Assembly: GCF_036321535.1 (NCBI RefSeq)
Contig: NC_087436.1
Location: 90,708,001-90,772,000 of the forward strand
DNA length: 64,000 nucleotides
Direction of reading: 5' to 3'
Source of the DNA: Camelus dromedarius
Lineage: Eukaryota
Both the position numbers and the translations under genes were made by a program. Below are positions 37,481-50,710 of this stretch, piece by piece; the first letter of the stretch is position 1, and every line of letters starts with the position of its first letter. Under the pieces are notes generated by a model. It worked only from the letters and a program-made list of their open reading frames with translations. It did not search any database and had not been told where the DNA came from.

Positions 37481-39389
37481 AGCATGTTTCCTGAAGGTTG
37501 AGTTCTATCCTTTTAGAGGTGTTTAATAGTATGGGGGTAGAAATTATCTTAATAGAGAAGTCTTTTAGCCTGGAACTAAAGGAGTGGGAGATTATGTATG
37601 TTTTCCTAAAGAGATAGTGTATACCTACCTTGTCTTCATATAGAACATACATCACTTGTAACCAGCCTTGAATGGTGACTTTCTGTCCAACAGCTATTTA
37701 AATAAATTGAATTCCGTAATAAATTCTGTGTGGAGTCAGGAGAAATGGCTATCTTCGCTTTGAAGGAATTTCCCACCACGTTGAGAATTAAAGTTGAGAC
37801 GGACATAAAAATTGGGTATTTGCTAGGTTCCAAATGAGTTAGCTGACAAACAGTGCTAGAGGAGGTCAAAAGGAGAAAATCACTCCAAGCTTTGGAAGAG
37901 TAAAAACATGTTAGGCTTAACTTTCAAGAATCCATAGGAACCTAATCAGTAAATAAATAAATTCAAGGTTACAAAACTAGACAATCCTATATTCTTTTCA
38001 TTCCTAGTAGGCAAACATCTTCTCCTTTGCAGCCCTTTGTAAGATCCTGTCTTTCGCCCTCCTAGTGGTCCTCATTAGAACTTTTTTGGTTTGTTTAATA
38101 CCTTCATCATTATAACTGGTAAGCATCTTGAAAACAGGGACAGATCTTATTTTTTCTAATTCCCTTTTTACTCCCCCAGCACATAGAACATATAGTGGGC
38201 AAGAAGTCAGTAGGTTAGGCTCGAAGATATAAAAAGTGGCAAGATTAGCAATCAGATATTTGTGTAAAATGAATTATCTGGAGGTAATTTTTTTCCAGTC
38301 ATAACCTTATGAAAATACGGGATGGTTCATACTATGCCATAAAATTTGTTTTGCTTTATGGCTTAATCAAAAATCATGAATGACCTCCCATATTATTAAA
38401 TACATACAAATAACATCATTATAATGGCTCTATAAATAATTTATTGTGTGATTGTATCAATTCATTCAATGAATGCCCTATTGCTGAACACTTAGCTTCT
38501 GACTGCTTTCCTTTTACAAAAGAAGCGACATTACACATTTTTGTATGCATTTCAAGGTGTGTAATCACTGGATCAAATGATGTGAATAAATTCAAGGTTG
38601 TTGGTAAATACTGTCAGAATTCTCTCCAGAGAAGATACAATAAAAACATCTTTATATTTCAGGAAAAGAGTACAACTGCCATATTCTTCTGAGGCTTTCC
38701 ATACTTTCTGGTTTGCAGGATTTTTTTGTTGTTTGGTTCATTTTTGGGTTTGGTTTTGTTTGTAAGTAGGTTGCAGTATTATTTAGTATTCAGTGGTCAT
38801 GGATATTTGAGGACTAATGTCTCTCTTTGAGGGTATTCCTACAACACATACAAATACCAGCGCATTCTTCCTCTAAAGGAAAATATAAAGCAGAGAGAAA
38901 TTAAATGCTGCTCAAATTCTGAAACCATAAAAATATAACAATGGAGAAAACAAACAGCAAGTTTTTAAGCAGCGCAATGACTTTAGCAGCTGGTGGATCT
39001 TGTCATGCTTATTTTTGCACAGAATGAAAAAGACACAGCAGGCTCCTTTGGAACATCAAACTGAGAAAATTGACTACAGCTTTAACAGCGTTAAAAGAAT
39101 TTTTTGGCAGAATGAATAAGTATGCATAATTGTGAAAATACCCCAATCTGTAGGAAAAATAGATACATAAAGAGGCTAAACAGGAGTGCTTCTGCCTGTG
39201 CTTTTCACAGCAATCTTCCACCTGTCTCTGACCGCACAATTTAGGGAACCAAGGGTTGGAGCTATAAAAGAATAGGAGGTTGGTGAGTTTGGGATGGAGG
39301 CAGTGAAGGGCGGTGTAAATTGCAGAGAATTTAGAGCCTGAAGACTTGAGTGGCATGCAACCGTAGGGGGGAAGCTATGAAGCAGGAAG

Positions 39390-39550
39390 CTGGCCTTCAA
39401 TTCCAACTCAGCTACTTACTAATATTGTGATCCTGGGCTACTAATGTATCCTCTCTCTGGCTCAGTTTCCACATTTTAAAGTGGACATTGCATTACTGCC
39501 TAGCTTTTTCAGTGCCTGGTTCATATTATCTTTTCATTAAATACTAGTCA
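39390..39550 (+). mobile_element. MIR fragment
   Basis: ttcaattccaactcagctacttactaatattgtgatcctgggc...ctcagtttccacattttaaagtgg. Confidence 0.7.
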
Positions 39551-40439
39551 TTATTTTATAATATAACTAAATGTGTGAACTGAGCCAAGGCAGTCTGTCT
39601 CAACTTCAACTATAACATGAATTAAACAAAGTGATGTGATGTCACATCTAGATTTGAAGGGCTGTGCTTCTACGAGGACAATAACACACGGAATGTCACG
39701 ATCAGAGTCGGTTTGCTAATGCCTTGAAGCCAATGAAGTGAACATACACGGAGGACTGAAACAAAATGGGGCGGGGGTGGGGTGGAGGAGAGAAAAGTAA
39801 AAAACAAAGATGCCTTTATAAATAGTTTTCTTAATATCTGCACTTATCATTTCATACTATAACTACATAAAAATTATGATACATTGCATAGGAAGTAAAG
39901 CTATTACAAAATAATCATTTGTTCATTTCAAGAATAGTGTTTTTTGGAACCTCCTTTCTCCCAGTATAAGGAGTCCATCCAGATGCTTTCTGCTCCCACA
40001 CATTTACCTGTCTTCATGATTCTTTTCTTCTCTAAGTTTAGAATATTATAATTACATACAGTAATTTTGCCCACTTGAAATACAAGACTTACTTTTCACT
40101 TGAAATTAAGAAATAGCTCTGTGCTGCTGGCTTTTAGCCAGATTGTAATTTCAGCCCCAAGTAAGGGCTTATTAACCTTGAATTTTAGTTTCAGGGAATC
40201 TCTAAAATGGACAATATTTTCTATTTGTACATGTAGGCATTTTCTTGAAAGAATACTCAAAATTCAAAATATTTTCAAAGGCAAATTTATTGCCACAAAT
40301 CTTAATAATCATGAAACTGAATTATCTCCACAAACATGACCATCATTACTTACTAGATCATGAGACTGTCCAGTGCCTATTAGAGGCAACACTCCAAATA
40401 AATATTATCAAATCAATGAACACATTGAATAAATGAGTA

Positions 40440-40680
40440 GCATTACTTGACCATGAGACCTTTCCTGACCATCCTATATAAAATAAATCCCCAGTTCTCC
40501 CTACCTCCCTTACTCTTTTATTTATGATACATCATATATATATTTATTGATGATCTTTCTCTTAGCACTAGAATGTAAGCTCCCCAAGGAGAGACATTTG
40601 TGTTTTGTTTTGCTTTTTCACTGCTGAATCCCCAGTGCACGTAGTAAACACTCAAATATCTGTTACATGGATATTTGATC
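40440..40680 (+). mobile_element. L2 3' end
   Basis: gagacctttcctgaccatcc...cactagaatgtaagctccccaagg...ttcactgctgaatccccagtgc...cactcaaatatctgtt. Confidence 0.8.
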
Positions 40681-41179
40681 AAACAATTCACTTTGCCCTG
40701 ATTTCTTCTCCAAATTATTTGTGTCACTTTGAAGTTCAACTCTCTCTTTTACACATCATTTTCCTTTTAACCTCTGCTTTTAATATTTATCAGCCACAAA
40801 TTTAATGAGCATACCCTGTCCAGGTCAATAATGAAAATCTCTTAGAAGAACTGGGGTAGAGAATCTATCATGCAATGTCTAGGTTGATCTTGTTACATTC
40901 AGTGGGTTATTTGATAACTGAAACCTATAGTCTCTTTTGTTTAAGCAGATTTAATTCAAATTTTTTGCTAACTCATTCTATAATGCAGATTCTGAACTCT
41001 AAGGTGCTGGAATTAGAAAGCACATGATATGTGGGGGCTAAAGGCAGGTGGAAGGAATGGTTCATTTCACTATTTAAATTGAAGGAATCATTATGCTTGG
41101 TGCTTCCTCATTCTGTAGGTTTATTCTCTATTTTAATGCTAACAATAGCCTTGTAAAGCAGATAGTGTGCCCTTATTCT

Positions 41180-41360
41180 TTAGACAGGCAGAAGTTTTGC
41201 ATTTGAATTCTTGCTCTGCCAGTAACTGATTGTAATCTTTGACAATCACTTTAAGCTTCTGTTTCTTTATGAATAAAAAGGGGGAACATAACACCCAATG
41301 CCTATCAAAAAAGCCATGATGTAAATTCAATGGGACTATCTGTGTAAAATTATGAGTTCC
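41180..41360 (+). mobile_element. MIR fragment
   Basis: tttgaattcttgctctgccagtaactgattgtaatctttgacaatcacttt...ctgtttctttat. Confidence 0.6.
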
Positions 41361-41659
41361 AGATATTAATTATTATTTTCTATCATACTATACACATTTG
41401 GACTCGAAAAACATCAACATTTCTTTACTAAACTCGACTACAATAAATAAAACCCCTCAACTTAACATTTCAAAAATTTAATCTGTTGATATTTAGATCA
41501 TATTTTTGCCTTCTCCATTCAAAATAAAAGGTATAAAAAGTTATACATTGTGATTACCGAATGAAATTCATTACTGGAATAGGTACTACTAATGAATTTA
41601 GAGCAGGCTATAATACTCAATTTACTTTAAGCCATTCACTCAAAATGTTAGGCACTTCA

Positions 41660-41865
41660 TCAAGTATGTATTGAGTGCTTCTCTACAATGACACTATTAG
41701 GGTATTTTACATGCTTTGTAGTTTATCTCTTAAAATAACCTTACGAAATATATTTTAATATCCTAATTTTAGGAGTGAGAACACCAAAACCAAGTAAATC
41801 AACTCAGAGTATAATTACTGGTAGAGATGAGATTCAAACCAGTATCTTCCAGAAATCAAAGCCCA
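41660..41865 (-). mobile_element. MIR fragment, reverse
   Basis: tattgagtgctt...tattttacatgc...gtagagatgagattcaaaccagtatcttccagaaatcaaagccc. Confidence 0.6.
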
Positions 41866-42069
41866 TCTGTAGCTTGAGGCTCTTCTTTTCTCTAGTTTTT
41901 CCTTCTGCTTGCTATCTGGGGCTCTTGTTTTTTGAATTCAAGCACCTTCCATTCTGACAATGTAGAATTGAGTCTGGCTCCATTCCTAAGTTCTCCCCTT
42001 CACTCTAGATCCAAAACCAAAAGTTCTCAACAGCCTGGCCATGGACCATTCCTAAAACTGATTTTCCTA

Positions 42070-42453
42070 CGTTGAACGAAATTTTCCACAACGTACTGAG
42101 CTAGTAGGCTTAGATTCAGTGATTCATGAATCAAGCACCATCTGGTCTGGCAGATAGAGAGGCGCTCCAAAGAAACGTACAAGGCAAGAGATTTTTACAG
42201 ACCAAACTGAGCAGAAGCAAGTAAATTATACTGGGCATTTGCCGATTGGTTAAAGCTGGGTTACTTTCCTCATGCGGAGCAAGGGGAAGTCTGGGAGCTG
42301 GGTTAGTCAACTTGTGCTGGACAGGCCACCACTGGCTGGTTGACTCAGGCATTCCTTTCTAGGGGAGCTAAGCGTAGAAGCTTAGGTTTGGTTTGCTGTC
42401 ATGGGGCTTAGCATGAGCAACTGTATCTTGGGCCTGTTCTGGTTACTTTAACA
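42070..42453 (-). mobile_element. ERV1-class solo LTR (MER67/MER90-like), reverse
   Basis: Reverse strand begins tgttaaagtaaccagaacaggccc...catgctaagccccatgacagcaaaccaaacctaag and contains CCAAT and gattcatgaatc, typical of MER4-group LTRs. Subfamily uncertain. Confidence 0.65.
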
Positions 42454-42554
42454 CCTATGATACAGCTTTTCCTCTGCATGACAATGACCCCCTTCAGATA
42501 TATGTCTCTTTACTACTCTGGTATAGCATTAGATAGACCTTCCACAAATGGACG

Positions 42555-42911
42555 CCACATTCATTAGCCAGGGCTGTCATAGCAAAATACCATAAACTTG
42601 GGGCTTAAACAGAAACTTATTTTCTCACACTCCTTGATGCCTGGAAGTCTGAAATCAGGGAGCCAACACGGTCAGAGCTCTTTACTTGGCTTGTAGATGG
42701 TCTGCCATCTTCTTGTTGTGTCCACACATGGCAGAAAGGGCACTGTTGTCTCTTTTTATGAGGACACTAATCCTATGGGATCACAGCCCCACCCTTATGA
42801 TTTCATTTAACCTTAATTACGTCCATAAAGGCCCCATCTCTAAATACAGTCACACTGGTGGTCAGGGCTTCGACATGTGAGTTTTGGAGGGTCACAGTTC
42901 AGTTTACAACA
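42555..42911 (-). mobile_element. MaLR solo LTR (MLT1A-like), reverse
   Basis: agggctgtcatagcaaaataccataaac...aaaggccccatctctaaatacagtcacactgg. Confidence 0.88.
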
Positions 42912-43080
42912 AATACTTAAAACATTCACTGTTTATTACAATTTGTTTTCAGTTTTTCACTACCCTTTCATTTCAAACCAAACTCTCACATGCAAGGAAC
43001 TCTACTGATTCTTAATGAAAGACAAATAGAACTATTGACATTGATAAGGGTAGCACTATCTGTTATAAAGGATGAGCCTC

Positions 43081-43290
43081 TGTGGTAGCCAGTCTTTAAA
43101 ATCTTAGGTAACCCACCATGATCTCTGCATTCTGTTACTTACATTGTTAACCAGTCCCCACCCACAGTGCATCAGGGTTTGCCTTCCATATCATACGGCA
43201 GAGTGATGGTAATGCCAGTCCCCAGATCAGGTTATAAAAGACTGTGGCTTCCATGTTTTCATCTTAAGTTCTCTCCCTCCCTCGCTTGGT
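43081..43290 (+). mobile_element. MaLR LTR 5' part (MLT1F-like)
   Basis: tgtggtagccagtct...atacggcagagtgatgg...aggttataaaagactgtggcttcc. Confidence 0.7.
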
Positions 43291-43517
43291 CCCTCCCTCT
43301 GCCCTTCAAATTCCATTGGTTAGAAGTAAGTCACAAAGGCTCACCTACAGAAAGCAAACTAAGAAATTGAGACTATCTGTGTATCTAGTAAGAAGAAAAA
43401 AGGCTTTGGTGGTCAATTACAGGTCTCCTCCAAATCTGTGGCTCTAAAATTGGTCTCTCCATTGAACTCCAGACCTGAATGTCAAACTGCCTGCTTGTTG
43501 GGTCTTTCTACTTACAG

Positions 43518-43635
43518 CACAGTTTCTCAACCTTGACATGATTGACCTTTGGGTCAGATAATTCTTTGTTGAGGGGATACTCTGTACATTAAATGATTTT
43601 TAGCAGCATTCCTATCCCTCTACTCACTAGAAACT
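43518..43635 (-). mobile_element. MER20 fragment within an L2 remnant (~43420-43990)
   Basis: cagtttctcaaccttgacatgattgacctttgggtcagataattctttgttg...tttagcagcattcct is the reverse of the MER20 3' end. Confidence 0.8.
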
Positions 43636-44534
43636 ACTCTTTACAACAATAAACTCATTATCTCTTAGAACATACTCACTTTTCTTCTGATTTCCATAAT
43701 CCAGGAGATGGCAGAAAATTAACCTGGTACCTCAACACCAAATTGATTTTTATGCTCGATTCCATTGTCTCCCTCAATCCCAGCATGAAAATAATCATGA
43801 AATTCTTCCAGCTCTACTTCTTTAACATTCCTCAAATTATTTTTATTCTCTTTGTTGTCAATGCCAACATTTTAGTCTGTATCTCCTCTTATTAAAGGCC
43901 TTTGATCTAGTCTTACAACCTTCTTTCTTCTCTTCCTCTACCCTCAATAATCTATTATCAAAGAGAACTTCTTTAAAATGAAAATCTTGAGTGGCTTTAC
44001 AAATCAACGATATAAGACTTCAGCAATTTTAATTTTATTTTCTGCTTAAACTCCCACCAAAAAAGAAAATAGAAGAAAAAATATTTAATAAGATAGTGAA
44101 TTAAATAAAATCACAAATCATGTATTATAAAGAATAACTAACAAGGACAGTAAAGTTCATAAAATTTTAAATTACAAAGTCTACAATGCTTATGTCCTTC
44201 TACATAAAGTTTTCAAGAGAAAGATTTTTCTAAACTAAGAGAGGCTACCCAGGAAGGCACTGCCTAAATTTATTTCACTTGGAAAATGGAATTAATGAGA
44301 GATGTTAACAGGCTAATGACAAAATTTTTTAAAAGAGACATAAAATATTAGATGTAAAAACCATACTTCTTTCTGGGTGGGCCATAGGAGAAGCTGGAGA
44401 CATCTCTGTAGTTACTTAGTTTTGTATCACAGAAGGTCCCAAGAACACTGTCATTATACACCATGTGGATCATCACTATCTTCTCCCTTTCCACAAGGTT
44501 ACAAAAAGGACCTCATGAATAAAAAGAAGGGGCT

Positions 44535-44577
44535 GTCTCTAGAAATCTTTCTCTTTGGGGTTCCTGGACCCAATTCC

Positions 44578-44629
<52 letters not shown>

Positions 44630-45495
44630 GGAAGATCCCCAACACCAACAACAAACAATACTCTGGGCACCAGCTGGGTGTCCCGTAATTCAACTCATTT
44701 CTAACACTATCTACCCAAAATAGCATCAGATCCCATAGTTTAAGGGTTCAGTCCTACAGATCTCCCCTCCAAACCCCACATCAGATGCTTATCAAAAGCC
44801 ATCACTGTTACTTGTTCTTCTGACTGACTGGCTACAATTTGGAGGTTCCAATTACCACCTTCTTGGACTTCAGATACTTGTTGCAAGTCCAGGTTGTTAA
44901 CTGTAATTCTGACCAACTGGCTATAAATCAGAGATGCCCACATTCCCTTCTTTGGTTAGATTAATTTCCTGGAATGGCTTACAGAACTCAGAAACATTTT
45001 ATTTACTAGAGCCTTGGTTTATTGCAAAAAGATGAAGGTCAGAAACAGCCAGATGGAAGAGATGCAAAAGGCACGTTATGGGGAAAGGGCAGAAAGCTTC
45101 CATGCCTTCTCCAGGTGCACCACACTCCCAGCCCCTCCATGTGTTCGCCAAACTGGAAGTACTCTGAACTCCATCCTTTTGGGTTTTCATGGAGACTTCA
45201 TTACATAGGCTTGAGTAAGTCATTGCCCAATGGTGACTGGTTCAACCTCCAGCCCCTCTCTCCTCCCTGGAGAACAGAAGGTGGGACTGAAAGTTCCAAC
45301 CCTATAAGCACATGGTTTGTTCCCTGGCAGCAAACCCCATCCTTAAGAGAAGTCTAAAAGTCACCTCATTAACATAAGAAAAGGCACCTTTGTTGCTCTC
45401 ATCACTTATGAAATTCCAAGAGTTTAAACATTTGGTACCAGAAACGGTGACAAAGACCAAATACACATTTCTTATTATAAGTCACAATATTACAC
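44535..45495 (-). mobile_element. MER21-family ERVL LTR, reverse
   Basis: caccagctgggtgtcccgtaattcaactc...gcatcagatcccatagtttaagggttcagtcc...gggttttcatggagacttcattacataggc...cttattataagtcacaatattaca. Confidence 0.88.
44580..44627. repeat. Perfect (TG)24 microsatellite
   Basis: Seen directly. Confidence 0.98.
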
Positions 45496-46234
45496 TCCCT
45501 GTCCAGGGTTGAATACAATGGCCTGGCAAACAAATTGCACTGAATCTGGAAGTTGGCAATTATATCTATGTTTACCAGCTAGTAATTCATGCTAGAAAAG
45601 AGGAAAAATTATAAGTCATGAGAAGCTCTGCACCTGCCAATTTTTGTCATCTGAAAAGAAGTATCAGGGGAGGGGGAAAAAAGGGAAAAACAAAGGAAAC
45701 CCACAAAAACATGCAAGGCTTCATTCTGAGCCAATGGGACTTTCTAAATCTAGTCAAAAAGGCAAGTGTTGACGAGAAAGTTTCCATAGACCACAGAACT
45801 AAGTTCAAACTGCCTGTCATTACTGCTAACTCTCCAGACACATCTACCATTATTTACAGAAAAATAAACTATCTGATCCTAGAAAACCTTGATTTAAATA
45901 TAAGTAATTTAAAAATATCTATGTAAAATTACTGTACTAGGAAGAAAAAGAGAAAATCACAAATCAAAGGCAGCTGAACAGCACATAAAATAATGTCTGT
46001 ACATAACTAGTGAAAATCCTGACTACTATTTCTTGAACTAAAACATGATACAGAAGAAAACATGACATCCATCAAAGCAAGAACATAAGGCACAGCTGAA
46101 AGAAATCAGCAAAGATACTCTGTAACAGCAGAGGGATACCATAAGTGAGCTAGTTATTCAGCAAAAGGGAGAAAAGGTGGAGGAGGGTGAAGGAACTTCC
46201 AAATATAAAGGTAAAAGAGGATTTAGGGACATCC

Positions 46235-46524
46235 AGGATTTACATGTGTCCTCTCCAGCATGATGGTCTCACTTCCTCCACAGCCCCTGATTGTCACTAA
46301 AAAGAGTATCTCAAGACAAGCCGAAGCTGCAAGGCCTTTTCTCACCTAGGTGTGCAGGTTACACAACAGCATTTCCACTGCATTCAGTTGGTCAAGAGCA
46401 ACATTCTATCCACCCAGATTGAAGCGGAGAGGGCAGAGGTGGCAGGTTGGCAAGGTCAGATGGTAGAAGAGCATCTGGGAGGCAACATACTGTTTCATCC
46501 ATCTTTGGAAAATACAATCTGCCA
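46235..46524 (-). mobile_element. MaLR LTR fragment (MLT1G/H-like), reverse
   Basis: gaagctgcaaggccttttctcacctagg...catttccactgcattcagttggtcaa...ccatctttggaaaatacaatctgcca. Confidence 0.75.
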
Positions 46525-48792
46525 GAGCAAGATACATCAAGGTCGCCGGGAAATGTGTTTCACACGTGGTGGACGTCCATCAGTTATGTTTCATAGAGAG
46601 AAAAGAAAAGCAATGTTTAAAAGAAGCCATGTAAGTGGAGACCAGTTTGAAAAGCCTCTAGTAACCTAATTTTTCAGAACAAGGAGTGAGAATTTGGTAG
46701 AAACCACTTAAAATTGATACTGAGTAAAAGAGGTGTAAGTATTTCATTTAAGATGCAAATGTCACCATCATAAGAGCTGGAAATAATGTAATTAGGTGGG
46801 GGAAGTTAAGCAGTAATAATGCATTTAGGGAAGCTGGAGTGAAATAAAAGCACACACATTACCTTATTCTAGACTGTGAAGTCAATAGATAATGCCTAAA
46901 ATTACTACATTAAGATTCAGTATTGTCTATACCACAGGAATTATATAAGATTTCCCAAGGTATCAAAATAAAATATTGCCATTTCTACCTGTAGGTGTTT
47001 GTATCTGGAATATGAGATAAGTTTATTTTTCATGCATATAATATACATACTGAAACTTTTACATATAAAAAGTATATATATATATTTATACATATTGGGA
47101 TTCTGTTTTGAATTTTTTGTTTACTAATAGTATACGATCAAAAAATTTAAAGATTACTGATAAATAGCTATAACTTAATGACTCAAAGAAAATAAATGAC
47201 AAAGATAAAGCTTCACATTCTAAAAATGAACACACACACACACTCCAACTCAAATACAACAAAGGTTGAGTGAGCAATTTTTTAAGGCATAATAAAAAGA
47301 AAATATGAGACAAATTAATTATAGGCATAAATAGAAACTCTTGTGTCACATCAAGAGATCAGAAATATTCACTTAAACAAACAAACAAAAGCCTCTAAAA
47401 ATGGCTCAAAGCAAAACCCAGTGATATATACAAGTAACCTAAAAATGTTTGAAATGAGAACCATGTCTTAATTATCAAATAAGGTTTAATTCATGTTGAG
47501 TAGCAGTAAATAGATTTTGAAGGACAATTTATAATTTTAAAGAATACATACCACAAAAAAATGCCATAAACTTTTATGCACAAAAAAATCAGAGCATAAT
47601 TTGTTTCATAAACTGCAATAAATGCTAAGAAAACGTAGTAAAGAACCATTCAAAAATACCCTAAAGTATTTCTCAAAGTACTGCCAAAATTTTACAAAAT
47701 ATTAAGAGAAATACTTTTAAAAATTTATATTTATGGAATATAACTAAAGTTTTCATCAGAGGATGATGGATTTAAATAGCTAATTTACATATGAAATGAA
47801 GATAAATGAGTCAAGTAACTAATTCAAAACTTTAGAAAAATATAACTGAATAAGCCAAGGGAAGTAGGATGAAAGAACTGGTAAAGCATAAAGGAGAAAT
47901 TAATAATTTTTAAAGTACAAAACAGCCCATGAACTGATTTTTATGAGAAAAATCAACAAAATAAGTAAAATTAAAATAAAATACAGTAAGCAAGCATCAG
48001 AAAAGCTAGTCATGGAGGAAATAAAGTTAAAATCTAAAAACTAAGTAGAGAAAAATCATAGATACAAATCAATTTTTGATATCTTATTAAACAATATAAA
48101 TATGAATATTAATATGAAATTAATATTTTATGAGCAATATAAATTTGAAGGTTTACCTGACATCAAGTAGAAACTTGCAAGTTCCATACTAAATAATTTA
48201 AATTTTGAAAATTTGAGATCATCACATAGCTCCCCCTAAGCAAGCTCCAGGCCCAGATAGTTACATAATTCCTTTTAACTTTTGAGGAAGAAGAAATACT
48301 AATTCTCCCTAAATTGATCCAGAAAATAAAAAGAAGTCAGACCACCAGTTTACTGAGATCAACAACACTGACCCCTACCTGACAAAGGTTACATACCAAA
48401 AAGCACTAAAAAGCAATCTCATAAAGAAAATATAAATAAATAAGCCAGCAAATTAAAATATATTAATAATCTGAAATAAAACATGAGCAAATTGAAACCA
48501 GTAGCACATAAAATAGGAAGGCAAACAGTTTATTAGTGATTAGAATAGAATCAGTAATGTTTATCAAAATGTGAAAACATTACATTCATCTCTGTAGATG
48601 CCAAGAAGATTATATGTCTAATAAGGGACTGACTACATAAATTATTGTACAGCCATTTGAGAGAATATCTGCAGGATTCATACTGATAAAGCTTAAGTTA
48701 TAGGGATCCCACATTGTGCATTACAAACTGTTAAAAGGGTTGAGGAGGGGAACTTGGCACAGAAGAGCACGCATCATTTAATTCCTTAATAT

Positions 48793-49350
48793 TGTCAGGG
48801 AGGGACAAGTTTTCCTCCACCTTCCTAAGTTCTTCCAGCTGGTCTAAGAATTAAACTAATGTAAGACAAAGTAACAGAAGAAAAACAAAGTATAATAACA
48901 TATATGCCTTCTGTATACATGGGAGAGCCCAGGAAAACTTGAGTAACTTGCCACAGTGGCCAAAACCCTCACCTCAGATACCACCTTCAGCTAAACACAA
49001 AGAAGGATGTTGAGTAGTGGTTTGGGACCTCAAAGAGAAAGACAATGCACATGGAGATGGAAAAGCAAATATCTGGTGAGTAAATGTTTGTTGGGGTCTT
49101 GCAGAGACAAAAAGTTGACTGATCAATAGCTCTGCCAAGTCTCCCCTACCACACCCAGCCCGTATTTTTTGCAGGTATTTATGGTGATAGCTCTATTCCA
49201 GGAACAAGCCCTTTATCTAAATTCTTTAAGCAGCTAAGCAGAAGGTATGAAGAAAGACTTTCTTAGTATTTTGTTCCTTAAAAACCATCATCCTAAATTA
49301 TTCTTTATGCCAAAGAAACATGTTGGGGTAGCAAATTTTGCTCCCCTTCA
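48793..49350 (-). mobile_element. ERV1 solo LTR (MER34/MER39-group-like), reverse
   Basis: Reverse strand starts tgaaggggagcaaaatttgctaccccaacatgtttctttggcataaagaataattt and ends ...ccctgaca (TG...CA). Confidence 0.8.
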
Positions 49351-49756
49351 GTATAAGCTATAATATAAAACACTAGAATACAGGAATTCCTAGAATAGAG
49401 GAATAATCCCCTAACATGAAAAGTTAGACTACATAAAAATAAACTACTTCTGTACAGAACAAATTGCTATTAAGCCATAAGAGAAACCATCTGTGGGAAA
49501 TTTTTACATCACATATGATTTAAAAAATAGTCTTTTAAATATATAATGAGCTCTTCCTTCCAAGCCATTAGAAAAAAAGATTAAAACAATTTGTTTTTTA
49601 AAAACAGGCAAAGTACATAAAGAGTTCACAGGAAAAAATATGGATGGTTTCTAACTCTACAAAGAGGTGCCTACCTTGCTCAAAATAAAGATATGAGGAG
49701 ACAAAACCGTCAGAATACCAGAGCTCAACTTCTTGATATTACACAAAGTTAGGGTT

Positions 49757-50273
49757 GGGGAGGCGGAAATAGATCCCTGTACCTCTACTGAGTTCTTGCA
49801 GCTGGACAAATAATAAAATTGATATGACAAATTGACACAAGACAGATTAATGGAAGAAAAGCAATTTTAATTCATGCACACAGAGATCTCATATAAATAT
49901 GACCTAAGAAGTGGCCAAAGCAGGACATTTTTATACTTCTTAGATAAAGAAACAATACATTTGTGAAGAATTGACAGCACAAAGAAACTTAGATGTTGGG
50001 TGCTCAATTAGTGAAGTATTTAAACAGTTTTTTGGACTTAGGGTAACAAATTAAATAAAATTTGTTTATACTGGCTTCTCAGCCTGAATTCATCTCTAGC
50101 TATGAAGGGTATCCTACCTCCAGATGTCACATGGGAGATTATTTCTTGCATTCAGAGAGACAAAAATGAGGGTCAGAATGTCCCTCTTACATTGGCCATT
50201 TAAGTAACTTTAATTTAAAATAATCAATATGGCACTGTAGCATATTTGGGGGTGGTTCGTGCTGAACTTCACC
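49757..50273 (-). mobile_element. Second ERV1 solo LTR (MER34/MER39-group-like), reverse
   Basis: Reverse start ...accacccccaaatatgctacagtgccatattgattattttaaattaaagttactt. The gagttcttgcagctgg...gacagattaatggaagaaaa stretch is similar to the neighbouring LTR. Confidence 0.75.
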
Positions 50274-50559
50274 ATTAGTGAAGGTATAAAACATTTAGTG
50301 GTAGAATAAATGGGTGCAAGCCCTTCAGAGAGCAATTGAGAGAAAGAATTCAAAATTAAATACACAAATACTTTTGAAGTTTTATTTCAAGTAACACATT
50401 TTACAGCAAAACCCACATATGCTTCTGGAAGCACATAACAGGAAATGTCTACCCAAGTAGTCTTTGGTGATTGCTCCAAGACGTGGTTCACTGCCCCTAT
50501 TAATTGTTCTCCTGTCTCCCTTACTTAGCCTTACTGAGGTACTCCTCTCTCTATATCAC

Positions 50560-50710
50560 ATTTACCTATTTTCTCGCCATTCTTCTTTTTACTTTTAAAT
50601 TACTTGAGAGCAGAAATTATTTCTAAATAATTGTATATCCAGGAATCTTTCATAATACCTTGGAAAAATTAAGTGCCTAACAAACACTTCTTGAACAAAT
50701 ACTGAGTGAG
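50560..50710 (+). mobile_element. L2 3' terminus
   Basis: taaattacttgagagcagaaatta...ttgtatatcc...aagtgcctaacaaacacttcttgaacaaatactgagtga. Confidence 0.6.

Larger units (their letters stand above)
47300..50460 (+). mobile_element. Highly degraded ancient L1 ORF2 remnant, interrupted by two LTRs
   Basis: A-rich, with patches such as tttatgagaaaaatcaacaaaataag, aagctccaggcccagatagtt, catctctgtagatgccaagaag and gggtgcaagcccttcagagagcaattg. Confidence 0.6.

Noticed and set aside
42120..42133. Perfect palindrome TGATTCATGAATCA
   Set aside because: Lies within an ERV1-type LTR where this motif is common.
44775..44955. ~85-bp diverged tandem duplication
   Set aside because: Internal to the MER21-family LTR. 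Only two units and no spacer structure, so not CRISPR-like.
48793..50273. Two related LTRs in the same orientation (possible provirus or TRIM)
   Set aside because: The LTRs are too dissimilar to be a pair, the ~400-bp spacer is old L1 sequence, and no PBS/PPT or gag/pol is evident. They are independent solo LTRs.
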